Shown: positions 28,952-38,685 of the stretch, one piece after another
Layout of the letters: every line of letters starts with the position of its first letter
Numbering within the stretch: position 1 is the stretch's first letter
Virus record (IMG/VR): IMGVR_UViG_3300036795_000241
Location: 11,684 to 75,683 of that record
Reading direction: 5' to 3' (one strand)
From: a virus
Length of the DNA: 64,000 nucleotides
Program-made: the position numbers and the translations under genes
The notes under the pieces: generated by a model
Database searches by the model: none
Seen by the model: the letters and a program-made list of their open reading frames with translations, nothing else
Told to the model about the DNA's origin: nothing

Positions 28952-29119
28952 GCTCGGGGAGCTACTACCTAGTACGCGATCGTCCGGCGGAACCTTCTTC
29001 GCCCCCGTGAGAGGGAACCCTGGACATCGTGAAAGGGTAGCTCCCCGAGCTGACTTTATGCCTGCCGCTAAGCACGAGGGACGGACCGCGACGTGGGACA
29101 AGACAGCTCGGGGAGCTAC
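28952..29119 (+). repeat. Direct/inverted/direct 14-16 bp repeat triplet
   Basis: GCTCGGGGAGCTAC at 28952 and 29106; complement GTAGCTCCCCGAGCTG at 29037. Confidence 0.85.
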
Positions 29120-30019
29120 TATCTCGGCAACGTACACCTGCAGACTGCACTCGGTGGCGCCGGCGGTAGCTACGCCGGTTCGAATATCGAACACGTGTAC
29201 CACAAAACGGGCAACGAGGTTCGCGTAACGGATCCGCAGCTCGGTAAGTTCGCCATCTCCGCCGCCGCATATCAAGCGGTGCGCAACGCCGTCCTCCGTG
29301 AGCTAAGCGATAAGCTACCGGCGCCTTTCGTTGGGCTGCTTAATGTAATGTCCGGCGAACAAGATCTCAACTTGACAGGCCGGGTAACTTCGGCTACACT
29401 GGAGGAAGATAAGCCAGTTGGCCGCGACGAGACGGAGGACGAGATGACACTGCGCAAACAGCCGATTACCCGCGAGGGAGCGGAGGCGCTGGCGCGGCGA
29501 GCCGCCGAGGAGCTGGCGTTCCTCGACCGGCTGGAGGACAAGTACGGCGCCGAGCCGCAGGACGGAGCGGTGATCCGGTTCACGAAGCAGTTCGCCTCAC
29601 CGTCCTACGGTTACTCGGCACCGACATCACAGGTGGTCCGGTACACGTATGCCGGGATCCGCGCGAACGGGAAGTGGTACCTGACCGGCGCCAAAGGATC
29701 GCAGTCGTGGTCGTGGTTCGAGCTACTGAACTGGCTGGACGAGGGCGTTCCGGCGGAGCACTTTGTCGTCCTCTCCAGTGGCTTCGATCCGGATCCGGTC
29801 GACGTTACCGAGCGCATTCTCGAGCACCGCGTCGTTTACGATGAGCCGGGTAGCGTTCCCGGAGGCGACATCGATGCGGCCACGACCGAATTCCACGATG
29901 CGGAATACGACATCATCTCCCGTGCGCACCCGCGCTTCACGCCGAATCAGATCGAGGCGTTTATCGCGGACGAGCACAACTGCGCTAAGTGCATTAGCAT
30001 GCGGGAGGACGTCAAGTGA
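29093..30019 (+). CDS. Hypothetical protein with internal promoter and second start at 29444
   Basis: 308 aa ORF; promoter 29372 and GGAGG-ATG 29444 in frame; YTYAGIRANGKWYLTG motif. Confidence 0.6.
   Translation: MGQDSSGSYYLGNVHLQTALGGAGGSYAGSNIEHVYHKTGNEVRVTDPQLGKFAISAAAYQAVRNAVLRELSDKLPAPFVGLLNVMSGEQDLNLTGRVTSATLEEDKPVGRDETEDEMTLRKQPITREGAEALARRAAEELAFLDRLEDKYGAEPQDGAVIRFTKQFASPSYGYSAPTSQVVRYTYAGIRANGKWYLTGAKGSQSWSWFELLNWLDEGVPAEHFVVLSSGFDPDPVDVTERILEHRVVYDEPGSVPGGDIDAATTEFHDAEYDIISRAHPRFTPNQIEAFIADEHNCAKCISMREDVK
29372..29400 (+). promoter_or_regulatory. Promoter (CGGC subclass)
   Basis: TTGACA-N17-TACACT. Confidence 0.75.
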
Positions 30020-31230
30020 CATTCACGCCAACGAAGGAGCAGGACGAAGCCCTCGACACGATCTTCCAGTGGTACAACGAAGGCGGAATGACGCTGACGA
30101 TGGGCGGGTACGCGGGAACCGGTAAGACAACGATTCTCGGCGTCCTCCCGGAGCACTTGTCCGGTATCCGAATGGTCTACGTGTCGTACACCGGTAAGGC
30201 GGTAAGCGTACTCCGCGGTAAGCTGCCGCGCGGAAGCGAATGCAGTACGATTCACCGGCTGCTCTATCATCCGCGTAAGGAACTGCTCTGCATCGAATCG
30301 GGTGAGCCGGTACCGTTTATCGGCGGTTACTGCTCCGAACACCACGACAATCCGCGAATTGAGCCGGACACGGAGTTGCCGGTTCCATGCGAAACCAAGT
30401 CGCACCTGAACTGGTCGCTGGTCCAGAATCCACTGGACGGGATCGACCTGGTCGTGGTCGATGAAGCGTCGATGGTAAGCGAGAAGCTATGGCAGGATCT
30501 GACGCGCTGGGACGTTCCAGTGCTGGCGGTCGGTGACCACGGACAGCTTCCGCCGATTCGGTCCGAGTTCAACCTGATGGCAAACCCGCACATCAAGCTC
30601 GAGAAGATTCTGCGGCAAGCCGCCGATTCGCCAATCATCCAGATGGCGACACAAGCGCGAACGGAAGGACGGATCAAGCCCGGCGATTACGGTCAAGGGT
30701 GCATGAAGATTCCGCAGCACCAGCTGTACCGCGTTCCGCTCAATCCGAACAACGGCGACCTCGCAATTGTCGGGTTCAACCGCACCCGCAACGAGCTCAA
30801 CGAGTTCTACCGCCGAAAGAACGGGCGCAAGGGCGACCCCACGGTCGGTGACGTGGTCATCTGCCTGCGCAACAACTACGAGGCCGGCGTGTTCAACGGG
30901 ATGCGCGGTACCGTGGTTGACTACGAGACGATGCCGTACGGCGACCGCGCTTTCGCGGAGATCGCACTGATGGATGAGGAGTTCGAATACACCGGCGAGA
31001 TCTCCAGTGAGCAGTTCGGTAAGCCGAAGACGCTTTCCGATACCCCCCGGCGTTTCGGACTGTTCGATTTCGGCTATGCGATGACGTGCCACAAGGCGCA
31101 AGGCAGCCAGGCGAATCGGGTGCTGGTAGTCGAAGAGCGGATGCCCCGTGCCGACAATGAAATGCACGCGCGGTGGTTGTACACGGCAGCGACAAGAGCG
31201 GCGAAGGAGTTGGTCATCGTTGGCCGTTAG
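30016..31230 (+). CDS. RecD/Dda-like SF1B helicase
   Basis: GYAGTGKT, STIH, VDEASM, GDHGQLPPI, RQ, NG..G, YAMTCHKAQGS, YTAATRA. Confidence 0.93.
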   Translation: MTFTPTKEQDEALDTIFQWYNEGGMTLTMGGYAGTGKTTILGVLPEHLSGIRMVYVSYTGKAVSVLRGKLPRGSECSTIHRLLYHPRKELLCIESGEPVPFIGGYCSEHHDNPRIEPDTELPVPCETKSHLNWSLVQNPLDGIDLVVVDEASMVSEKLWQDLTRWDVPVLAVGDHGQLPPIRSEFNLMANPHIKLEKILRQAADSPIIQMATQARTEGRIKPGDYGQGCMKIPQHQLYRVPLNPNNGDLAIVGFNRTRNELNEFYRRKNGRKGDPTVGDVVICLRNNYEAGVFNGMRGTVVDYETMPYGDRAFAEIALMDEEFEYTGEISSEQFGKPKTLSDTPRRFGLFDFGYAMTCHKAQGSQANRVLVVEERMPRADNEMHARWLYTAATRAAKELVIVGR

Positions 31231-32059
31231 CCAGAAAGCGCTGGTCGAAGTGCTATCCGGCGATAAGCTAGGACCGATAATCGGCCAGTGCCGAGGACTA
31301 AGTTACGAGGAGATCGCCCGGTACATTCTCAACGGTCTCGAAGAGAAAGGCGTTGCGGAGGTCGTAGAAGCTGTACACGAAGCGATTTCGTATTGTCGTC
31401 AACGCGAACCGGAGCCGTACGATCCGCCTCGCGACGAATTCACGGAGGGGCTAAAGCTACTCGTACACCCGATAGCCGAGTACGCACTCATTCGTAACCC
31501 GAAGCTCGTTAGCAGCTACGTGCTAGCGGAAGTCGCGCCCGGACGAAAAGAGCTTTACGGGATTCCGGTCGAGCGGCTGCTCCCGTCACTTCCAGGAACG
31601 TGGAAGCTAGTGAACAAGTACGGAGCGACGCTAAAGCATGGCGCCGTTATCGAAATCATCGCCTGAAAGGAGTAGCGGATGGTCCGCCACCGTACGCTAC
31701 GTGCAGTAACCGAAGAAGATCGGCTGTTCTTCGAATGGCTAGACACCGTGCCGATCGAGTGGCTCGAGTGTCGGCTGAAGAACCAGCACCGCTTGCCGGA
31801 CCTGATCAGCGAAGACACCGCAGTGTCGAAGCCCAAGTATCTTAAGGGGCGGGTGCTGATCGAATCCGACTGTGAGCGTTGCGGTACCCATGTCTCGCAG
31901 ATTTCCAACCGGGAAGGTTATCTCGAGAGTGCCGGTCGACCGAACTACATTTACCCCGAAGAATACGCGCTTCCGCCGGGCGCCGGACACATCACTCGCG
32001 ATCGCCGGGCCATTATCCGTCTCTACATCCTCGATCGAAAGGCAGCCGCAGCTAGATGA
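31220..32059 (+). CDS. Two hypothetical genes (ending 31666; 31679-32059 with CxxC)
   Basis: Contiguous ORFs; first start approximate. Confidence 0.55.
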
Positions 32060-32718
32060 CCGAGGAAAACGAGATCCGCATCTATCCGGTCTACATTGAC
32101 GGGCCGCTGAAAGGAAAGGAGCATGCGATACGGGACCCGCGAATCTCGCTAGTACTACCTCTGCCTACTAACACGGTTAACGGTGATACCGCAAGCGATG
32201 ATCCCCTAAGCATCGACACAGAACGCGTAGTTTATCACTTCTACCCGTGTAGGCTGTTCCGCCGTGTCATTATTCTCGGATCGCTGCATTCCAGTGACGC
32301 TGAACTCGATCTCGATAACGTATTCGATCAGGTGATCTCTGCGTATGCCAAGCGTTCCGTGATATTATACCCGCTAATGAGGGACGGAATGCCACGAATC
32401 GAAGACATCATTGGTGCGACATATCGCCAATTGGATCACTGGTGCCGGACCGGCTACCTGAAGCCAGTTGGCGGAACGAATGGCGTACAGCGCCGGTTCC
32501 CGCCCGAGGAGCTGAAAGTCGCGAAAACGATGGCGCGCTTGGTCGATCTCGGATTCAATCCGGGGGCGGCTGCTAGTTACGCACGCCGGATGGTTCGTGA
32601 CGGTGATGTCGGGAAGGTCGAATTCACCGAGGAGGGTCGGCTAAAACTCGCCGGCATTTTCTCGGAACGCTACAAGGAACGTGCGCAAAGCCGAATAGCA
32701 AGCTTGACAGATAGGTAA
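32056..32718 (+). CDS. Protein with C-terminal MerR-type HTH
   Basis: GATYRQLDHWCRTGYLKP....G.QRRF...EL......RLVDLG. Confidence 0.75.
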   Translation: MTEENEIRIYPVYIDGPLKGKEHAIRDPRISLVLPLPTNTVNGDTASDDPLSIDTERVVYHFYPCRLFRRVIILGSLHSSDAELDLDNVFDQVISAYAKRSVILYPLMRDGMPRIEDIIGATYRQLDHWCRTGYLKPVGGTNGVQRRFPPEELKVAKTMARLVDLGFNPGAAASYARRMVRDGDVGKVEFTEEGRLKLAGIFSERYKERAQSRIASLTDR

Positions 32719-32732
32719 GTTTCGGCTATACT
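32704..32732 (+). promoter_or_regulatory. Promoter (CGGC subclass)
   Basis: TTGACA-N17-TATACT. Confidence 0.8.
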
Positions 32733-32777
32733 GGAAGCACCAGCCCGGACCCCGCTGGAGAGCAGGAGCGTAGTGCG

Positions 32778-34417
32778 TTGGAGCCCGTGTCACTCGACAG
32801 CCAGCGTAAGGTACAACGGATTCTAGCCGAGGAGGGACAGACACTCCGCGACCTGCACGAGCGGATTAACGGTGAGCTCGGAATCGGTAAGAAGGATGCG
32901 GATCCCGAGCTTATCGCACTACTTGACGAGTTCGACCCGCCAACCGAAGGGGAAGCAGTTGGCACTTGAGGTGTATGATATCGAGGTATTTCCGACCAAG
33001 GACGGGCGGGACAGCGAGCGGGGCATTTTCGACATCGAGATACGACACAACGAGCAGCAAGGCACCACGTTTCGGCTTACCCCGTCAGCGATGCGTCTCG
33101 CCATTCAGCGGATGCAGGTGGCACTGGCGGAGCACGAGGACTACGCAAAGCGCGAAATCGACACTGAGGAGCAACCCTTCTAATGGACCTGGAGCAAGTA
33201 AAGCGGATTCGCACAATGGCGACCTGGTTGCGCCGGTCATCCCGGACCGCGGAGCAATACCCGAAGCGCGACCAGCTCTCCGGAACCGAGATCTTCGATG
33301 CGAAGCAGTTCGCTTCCGGGGTGTACCCGTGGCCTTCGAGATGGACGATTCGGCTCACCCGCCTCGCAAAGGAGGGATAGCCCGTGTCGGCGCAAATCGT
33401 CAGCGCACTTTACGACCGCGCGCGGATCCTGGATGCCGAGGCGAAGGACCTCGCGGACCAGGGGCTTACCGAGGACCTCCACGTACCCGGGCGTACAGTC
33501 GACAACCTCCGCTTTCTCGCCGAGGAGTTCCGCAAACTGGGTCGCAACGCAGAGGCGCCCTGATGCCGGAGGACATTCGCAACTCGGCATTCCCGAGCAC
33601 GATGTACGGACGCGCGATCGTGCTGCTCACTCGTGACGGCTATAAGCCGGAGCAGATTTCCGCGTTTCTGCGGATCGCTCTCGATGACGTGAAGGTCATC
33701 CTCGCGGTGAACAAGATCGAGCGATCGCGGGTGGATAGCTACGAGCCGAGAGCGGTCCGTCCAGTGGTCGGCACGATCTGGGTCTGGGAGCACGAGTCGG
33801 CGCCTGAGCTGATCAAAGTCACCGCCGTCCGCTGGAACGGCGAAGAGTGGTTTGTCGGAACGAAGAAGCTCGGTGGCGTCGCAATTCCGTCGTGGCGTCC
33901 TTGGCTGGCCGATACTACCGAAAGCTGGAACGACTTGTCGCGCTTCTGGGAGGCGTGCCACTACGTAGCAAAGACCGCCGGACCGCCTAGCACCAAAGGC
34001 ATCCTGCGCACCGGACCGCCACTACCCGGGGAGCTCGCAAATGGCTGACATGGAGCCGCAGATCCGGCGCACTAAGGACGGGTTCGAGTTCATCGTTCCT
34101 CCGCCAGTGTCGGTACCGGACGATATTACGCCGGAGCAGGTGCAGGCGTACATTCGCAACCGTTACGGACGCCTCGATACGATGATCGCCGAGGAGGGCT
34201 TCCGCGCGGCGTACCACCGCGATGACGTATGGCGCATCTGCCTCGAGGCTGAGCTAGCCGAGATGTTCCGCGAGTTCCGATGAGTGATCTCGAGAGGGCG
34301 ATCGAGCTGCTAAAGGCGGGCGTAATCGCCTACTCGTCACACGACACGGACCAGATGCACGACTGGTCGATGAAGGCACAGGAATTCGTCCGGGAGACGC
34401 AAGGTCGTCCCGCTTGA
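32778..34417 (+). CDS. Run of short hypothetical genes (including 33183-33380, 33563-34048, 34041-34283)
   Basis: Overlapping stop/start ORFs after promoter 32704. Confidence 0.5.
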
Positions 34418-34442
34418 CCTCCAGGTAGTTATCGGCTATACT
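34414..34442 (+). promoter_or_regulatory. Promoter (CGGC subclass)
   Basis: TTGACC-N17-TATACT. Confidence 0.75.
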
Positions 34443-34525
34443 GGAATGAATGTCACCGGGTCCCCGAAAGCCGGATGCAGTGAAGTTAGTACGGGACCCG
34501 GTGGCTTGCTAAGGAGAAGCAACGA

Positions 34526-34744
34526 ATGGGCTGGCGAAGTGATGTACCGGGAGCAAGCGAGGCTCGGCGGATCACCCGCGAGAAGAAAGCCGTAAGCGAA
34601 AACCGAAGACGAAGCACGCATTCCGACAATTCGTTCCCGCATTTCAGTACCCGCAGCGGACAGTGCATGTGCCTCTCGACATGCTGTCACGGGGTTAGCG
34701 GATGTCACTGCAAGAGCTGTCCGTGTCTAGGGAAGGGACACTAA
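34526..34744 (+). CDS. Small protein with Cys-rich C-terminus
   Basis: AAGGAG RBS; CMCLSTCCHGVSGCHCKSCPC. Confidence 0.55.
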   Translation: MGWRSDVPGASEARRITREKKAVSENRRRSTHSDNSFPHFSTRSGQCMCLSTCCHGVSGCHCKSCPCLGKGH

Positions 34745-34745
34745 A

Positions 34746-35603
34746 ATGCCGCCAGTAGCTCCTCGAAGGGTGCGCCCAGCGCGCCGTGAAGCCGACCCGC
34801 CGCCAACGAATGGCGATGGCGAAACACCGACTCCGCCAGTGCGGGAAGACCCGTGGTCGCCCGCCAGTTCGATGCGCGATATGCAGGGGCTGCTCCTCCT
34901 GCTATTCGGCTTTCCGGGCTGCGGTAAGACGACACTGGGCACGACCGTTACCCGTTCCGAACTCGGATCGCCACTTCTCGTCGTAAACTTCGATGAGGAA
35001 GTGCGGTCGATCGCGGATCGCGACGACATCATGGTCTGGCCCGGCGTAAAGCAGGGCGGGAAAGTCGGTAGCTGGGATAAGGCGAACGCGTTTCTCACCC
35101 GGCTGCAGGGTCGCGAGCATCCGTTCAAGAGCATTATGTTCGACACGCTGAACCGCGCGGCGGAGCTCGCACTGCGTAAAGTTCGCGAAAGCGGTAACCC
35201 GAATCGTGACGGTCGGCAGATCTTCGGTGAAGCCAACGACATGGTGCTTCAGCTGGTCGAAACGTGGGCGACACTATCCCGTGAGCGCGGGATCAACGTC
35301 ATCTTCACGTGTCACGCGAGGGAGGTGCAGGAAGGCGAGAACGGACCGGTATACATCCGGCCCGATGTCACTCCCGGAATCGTTCGCGGGCTGTACCAGA
35401 AGGTGTCGACTATCGGCTACCTGGAGGACGCGAGGACCAATCGTCCGCGCAAGCTGATTACGCACAATACGGCGCGCGTGGTGGCGAAGAACCATCAGCC
35501 ACGAAGCGGACCGCAGGTGCCGACCGATATCAGCGACCCCGATCTCGGCAAGATTATCGATCACGTACGCCACGTTAAGCGGTATGCGGCGGCGGACGCA
35601 TGA
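34746..35603 (+). CDS. AAA_24/Sak4-like ATPase (recombinase)
   Basis: FGFPGCGKTT, IMFDTL, VIFTCH; near SSB and exonuclease genes. Confidence 0.82.
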   Translation: MPPVAPRRVRPARREADPPPTNGDGETPTPPVREDPWSPASSMRDMQGLLLLLFGFPGCGKTTLGTTVTRSELGSPLLVVNFDEEVRSIADRDDIMVWPGVKQGGKVGSWDKANAFLTRLQGREHPFKSIMFDTLNRAAELALRKVRESGNPNRDGRQIFGEANDMVLQLVETWATLSRERGINVIFTCHAREVQEGENGPVYIRPDVTPGIVRGLYQKVSTIGYLEDARTNRPRKLITHNTARVVAKNHQPRSGPQVPTDISDPDLGKIIDHVRHVKRYAAADA

Positions 35604-36165
35604 CCGAGCCGGCTAAAGGGCGTCGTTGGTACCGACATCCGCGTCAGCAAGCAGCGGTAAAGCCGCCGGTTATCTTTCCGGACGTGATGTTCTACGGCCC
35701 GTATCTCGACTGCCACGATACGTGGATCGGCATGTACTGGAAGCACGACGTGCAGGGCTGGGATGGTGGCTGGTGGGAGGGCTGGCGATTCTACCTAGTG
35801 CTCCTTCCCACGACGGTATTGCGGATGGACGTGGATCGGTCCGGACGGGATACGCTAGCCTTCCGCCGGTGGAAACGGGAGACCGGACAGAATCCGCGTC
35901 CTAACTATCGGCGATGGAAGGCGTACGCATGATCATCCTCGATTGGCGCAAGAACGAAAAGCCGTGCGCCCATCCGTTCGAATCGCAGCGGCTTATCGCG
36001 ATTCATCACTGGTTCCCGGAGGACGAAGACCTCGATCGTATTCCGAAGACATTCGTCCTCCGCCAGTGTGACAAGTGTCTCGAGCCGAACGTGCTCACGC
36101 TATTCGGTACGTGGGATCTGGCGCAGCTGGATTCGCTGTCCCGTAAGGTATCTACCCGACTATAA
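35600..36165 (+). CDS. Two hypothetical genes
   Basis: Overlapping ORFs. Confidence 0.5.
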
Positions 36166-36174
36166 GGAGAATCG

Positions 36175-36732
36175 ATGCCTGTTTCGACTTCCGCTCCCGA
36201 AGCTAAGCTCGGCTGGCTAAAGCCGGCGGACGTGATCGTATGTCGCACTGGCGGAATCGAAGCCGAGTTCATTCGCTTCGGTGCCGAACTCATCGACAAG
36301 CCGAACCTCGACAATCACGTCGTGGTGGTCGATCACATCGATGCGGCCGGTACCGTGTGGGGTATCGAAGGTCGCCCCGGCGGCGTCGGATGGGTCGACT
36401 GTGCGAAGTACTTCGGTAACGGATACGCGCTCACGAATCGGCGCCAACCGAAGTCCGATGAACAGCGAGCTCACGTTACCGGAACGATGAAGAAGCTAGT
36501 CGGTACCGGTTACGACTGGCGCGCAATTATCGAGGATTGCGGTGACGACCTGCACATTCCCGATCCGTGGCGGGAGAAGTGGAACGGACTCGTACCGGGT
36601 CACGTGGTGTGCAGCTCCGGAGCCATCATCGGTTACTACGGTTCCGGCTTGCTTTATCCGACTGATATCGACATGGCGCATATCCAGCCCGCCGACTGGA
36701 CCGCGTTCATTCTGCAGCACAGCTACGAATAG
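36175..36732 (+). CDS. Permuted papain-like NlpC/P60 (YiiX/YaeF-type) enzyme
   Basis: KPADVI, NHVVV (His), IEG, G.GYD, C-terminal VCSS (Cys). Confidence 0.75.
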   Translation: MPVSTSAPEAKLGWLKPADVIVCRTGGIEAEFIRFGAELIDKPNLDNHVVVVDHIDAAGTVWGIEGRPGGVGWVDCAKYFGNGYALTNRRQPKSDEQRAHVTGTMKKLVGTGYDWRAIIEDCGDDLHIPDPWREKWNGLVPGHVVCSSGAIIGYYGSGLLYPTDIDMAHIQPADWTAFILQHSYE

Positions 36733-36741
36733 GAAGTAACG

Positions 36742-37887
36742 ATGGAAACCGCTCTCGCCGCCATATCCGCACTCTTCGTCCTGCTTACCGCGCTCTGCCT
36801 GTGGCTCATCCGCCAAGTGTGGCTACTGCGGTACCGTACGCCCGGTAAGCACGCTGTCGCTGTCGAGGTTAAGCCGGCACCGACCAACGATGAGCCGGAC
36901 GTCAAGGACGCGCTGATCGCTAAGCTCGAAGCGGACCTTCGTGACGCACGTAACGAAAGCCTCGCAATGGTTGGCGATCTAAGGCGACAGCTGGCCGAAG
37001 CGGACGCCAATGCGACGTTGCGGATTCAGCGTTCCGAAGCACTGGCGGAACGCCAGGCGGGTGAGCGGATTGCCGCGATTAGACAAGAATACACGGAGAG
37101 GCGACGAGCGGAGAATAAAGCGTCTAACGCTCGCTCACGTACCGCACTGGTTGCGAAAATCGGCGAGCACCTTGCACCGCTTTTCGAAGGCTTCAAGTAT
37201 AACTTGAAAGATGTAAGACACGTAGGCGAGATATTCGATTTCCTTGTCTTTGATGGACTCGAGGAAGGCGAAATTCGTCAGGTGGTCTTTCTCGAGGTAA
37301 AGACAAAGCGAAGTGGCGCACGAGTTACGAACCCGCGTGAGAAGATGCTACGGGATGCCGTTGAAAATGGTCGTGTGTCCTACGATATCTACGTACCGCC
37401 GGTTAATGGAAGCTTAGTTATGCGAACATGTAGCGTAGTACTTCCGGGCGGAGCGGACTGCCCCAAAAAGCATTACGCGCTAGGTTTCTGTCGTCCGCAC
37501 TACTACCGAAAAAGGCGGTACGGAGATCCGGGCTTTATTCCGGATATCACGCAGGACGGTAATCCGAACTGGAGCGAAGTACCGGGATACCGCGCAAAGC
37601 ACGGACGTGTGCGCAGAGCTTACGGAAAGGCTAGCGAATACGAATGCGAAAACTGCGAAAAGCAAGCTAGCGACTGGGCGATGCTGCATGATACGAACGG
37701 AGAAGATATCGATGACTTTATCCCGCTGTGTCGAAGCTGTCACTGCCTCTACGACGATATCGGAAGACACTGGCGCGTAAAGTCGCCACCGCATTGCTCA
37801 ACGTGTACTTGCAGCATAAACGGAGGAACTAATGGCCGACCCCGCCGGCGAAGCGTTCGCCCGGACGGTGACTCCACCGCAGATTGA
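36742..37887 (+). CDS. TM/coiled-coil Holliday-junction-resolvase-like endonuclease fused to an HNH-like domain
   Basis: GEHLAP, DFLVFDG, FLEVKT; from 37420 CSV..C...G.C..HY and C..C...PLCRSCH. Confidence 0.7.
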   Translation: METALAAISALFVLLTALCLWLIRQVWLLRYRTPGKHAVAVEVKPAPTNDEPDVKDALIAKLEADLRDARNESLAMVGDLRRQLAEADANATLRIQRSEALAERQAGERIAAIRQEYTERRRAENKASNARSRTALVAKIGEHLAPLFEGFKYNLKDVRHVGEIFDFLVFDGLEEGEIRQVVFLEVKTKRSGARVTNPREKMLRDAVENGRVSYDIYVPPVNGSLVMRTCSVVLPGGADCPKKHYALGFCRPHYYRKRRYGDPGFIPDITQDGNPNWSEVPGYRAKHGRVRRAYGKASEYECENCEKQASDWAMLHDTNGEDIDDFIPLCRSCHCLYDDIGRHWRVKSPPHCSTCTCSINGGTNGRPRRRSVRPDGDSTAD

Positions 37888-38088
37888 CATTCCCAGTGTC
37901 CGGCCAGACGAAAACCTATCGCCGCGGGAGCTTCTCGAAAGGGCGGTCTTCGAATCGCTCGGTCGCGCCTCGGTGTGCTGGGAGGACTTCCCGTCCGGGG
38001 TGTTCCTCGCGGAGCAGGCGAAGGCGGTTGGCGAAAACTTGCTCGAATGCATTGACGCGTTCGTGCAGCACAAACTTCAGGGTAGCGG

Positions 38089-38118
38089 TTGACAGTTTGC
38101 GACTGGCTATGCTATACT
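38089..38118 (+). promoter_or_regulatory. ssb promoter
   Basis: TTGACA-N18-TATACT. Confidence 0.75.
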
Positions 38119-38176
38119 GGAGGTTCAATTAGAGGCCGATCGCGCCTCAAAGCGATCACGTAGAAAGGACAGGCAG

Positions 38177-38581
38177 ATGCCCGTTCAGGTAGACCTCACC
38201 GGCGTTTCCGTTGAAGGCCCCACTCCGCTGGAGCCGGACACGTATGACGCAGTTATCACGAAGGCGGACATTCATCCGTCCAAGTCCTCGCAGAACGACA
38301 CGCTGTACCTCGAGATAGCGGTCGGTGAGGAAGGGCGCAATCTCCGCTGGAACTGCTCCGTGGCGGGGGACTCGCTGTGGCGCTTCAAGAAGCTGCTGGT
38401 GCGACTCGGATTCGAAATCCCGGAAGGGCCCTTCGAGTTCGACGAGAAGGAACTGATCGGCGCCGAATGCCAGGTCAAGGTCAGCCTCGAGCCGCACTAC
38501 CAGGACCCGTCCCGCAAGACGAACAAGATCACCGCCGTTCTCGGCCCGGACGGCGAAGAAGGTGAGGGTTCCTGGGGCTAG
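38177..38581 (+). CDS. Phage ssDNA-binding protein (DUF669-like)
   Basis: P.EPDTYDAVI..A...SKS, ELIG.EC.V.V, acidic tail; own promoter, GC3-rich codons. Confidence 0.75.
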   Translation: MPVQVDLTGVSVEGPTPLEPDTYDAVITKADIHPSKSSQNDTLYLEIAVGEEGRNLRWNCSVAGDSLWRFKKLLVRLGFEIPEGPFEFDEKELIGAECQVKVSLEPHYQDPSRKTNKITAVLGPDGEEGEGSWG

Positions 38582-38584
38582 CTT

Positions 38585-38660
38585 AGCTTCCCGCCGAAAG
38601 GCGGGGAGGCTGGGGGCGGGCCGGCACCTCCTCTCACAAGTTGCGAGTCGGTCCGCCTCC
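38585..38660 (+). ncRNA. Two hairpins after ssb; the second has an anti-RBS loop (candidate sRNA or terminator)
   Basis: GAAA-tetraloop hairpin 38585-38611; 14 bp stem 38612-25/38647-60 with loop ACCTCCTCTCACAAGTTGCGA. Confidence 0.55.
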
Positions 38661-38685
38661 TTCCTAATGGCGTAAAGGAGTACCG

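Noticed and set aside
29150-29200. tRNA suggested by GGTTCGAAT
   Set aside because: No matching T-stem, acceptor stem or cloverleaf; lies within an ORF
32966-33562. N-terminal 200 aa of the 360 aa ORF 32966-34048
   Set aside because: Overlaps better-supported short genes in other frames; the real start is likely ATG 33563
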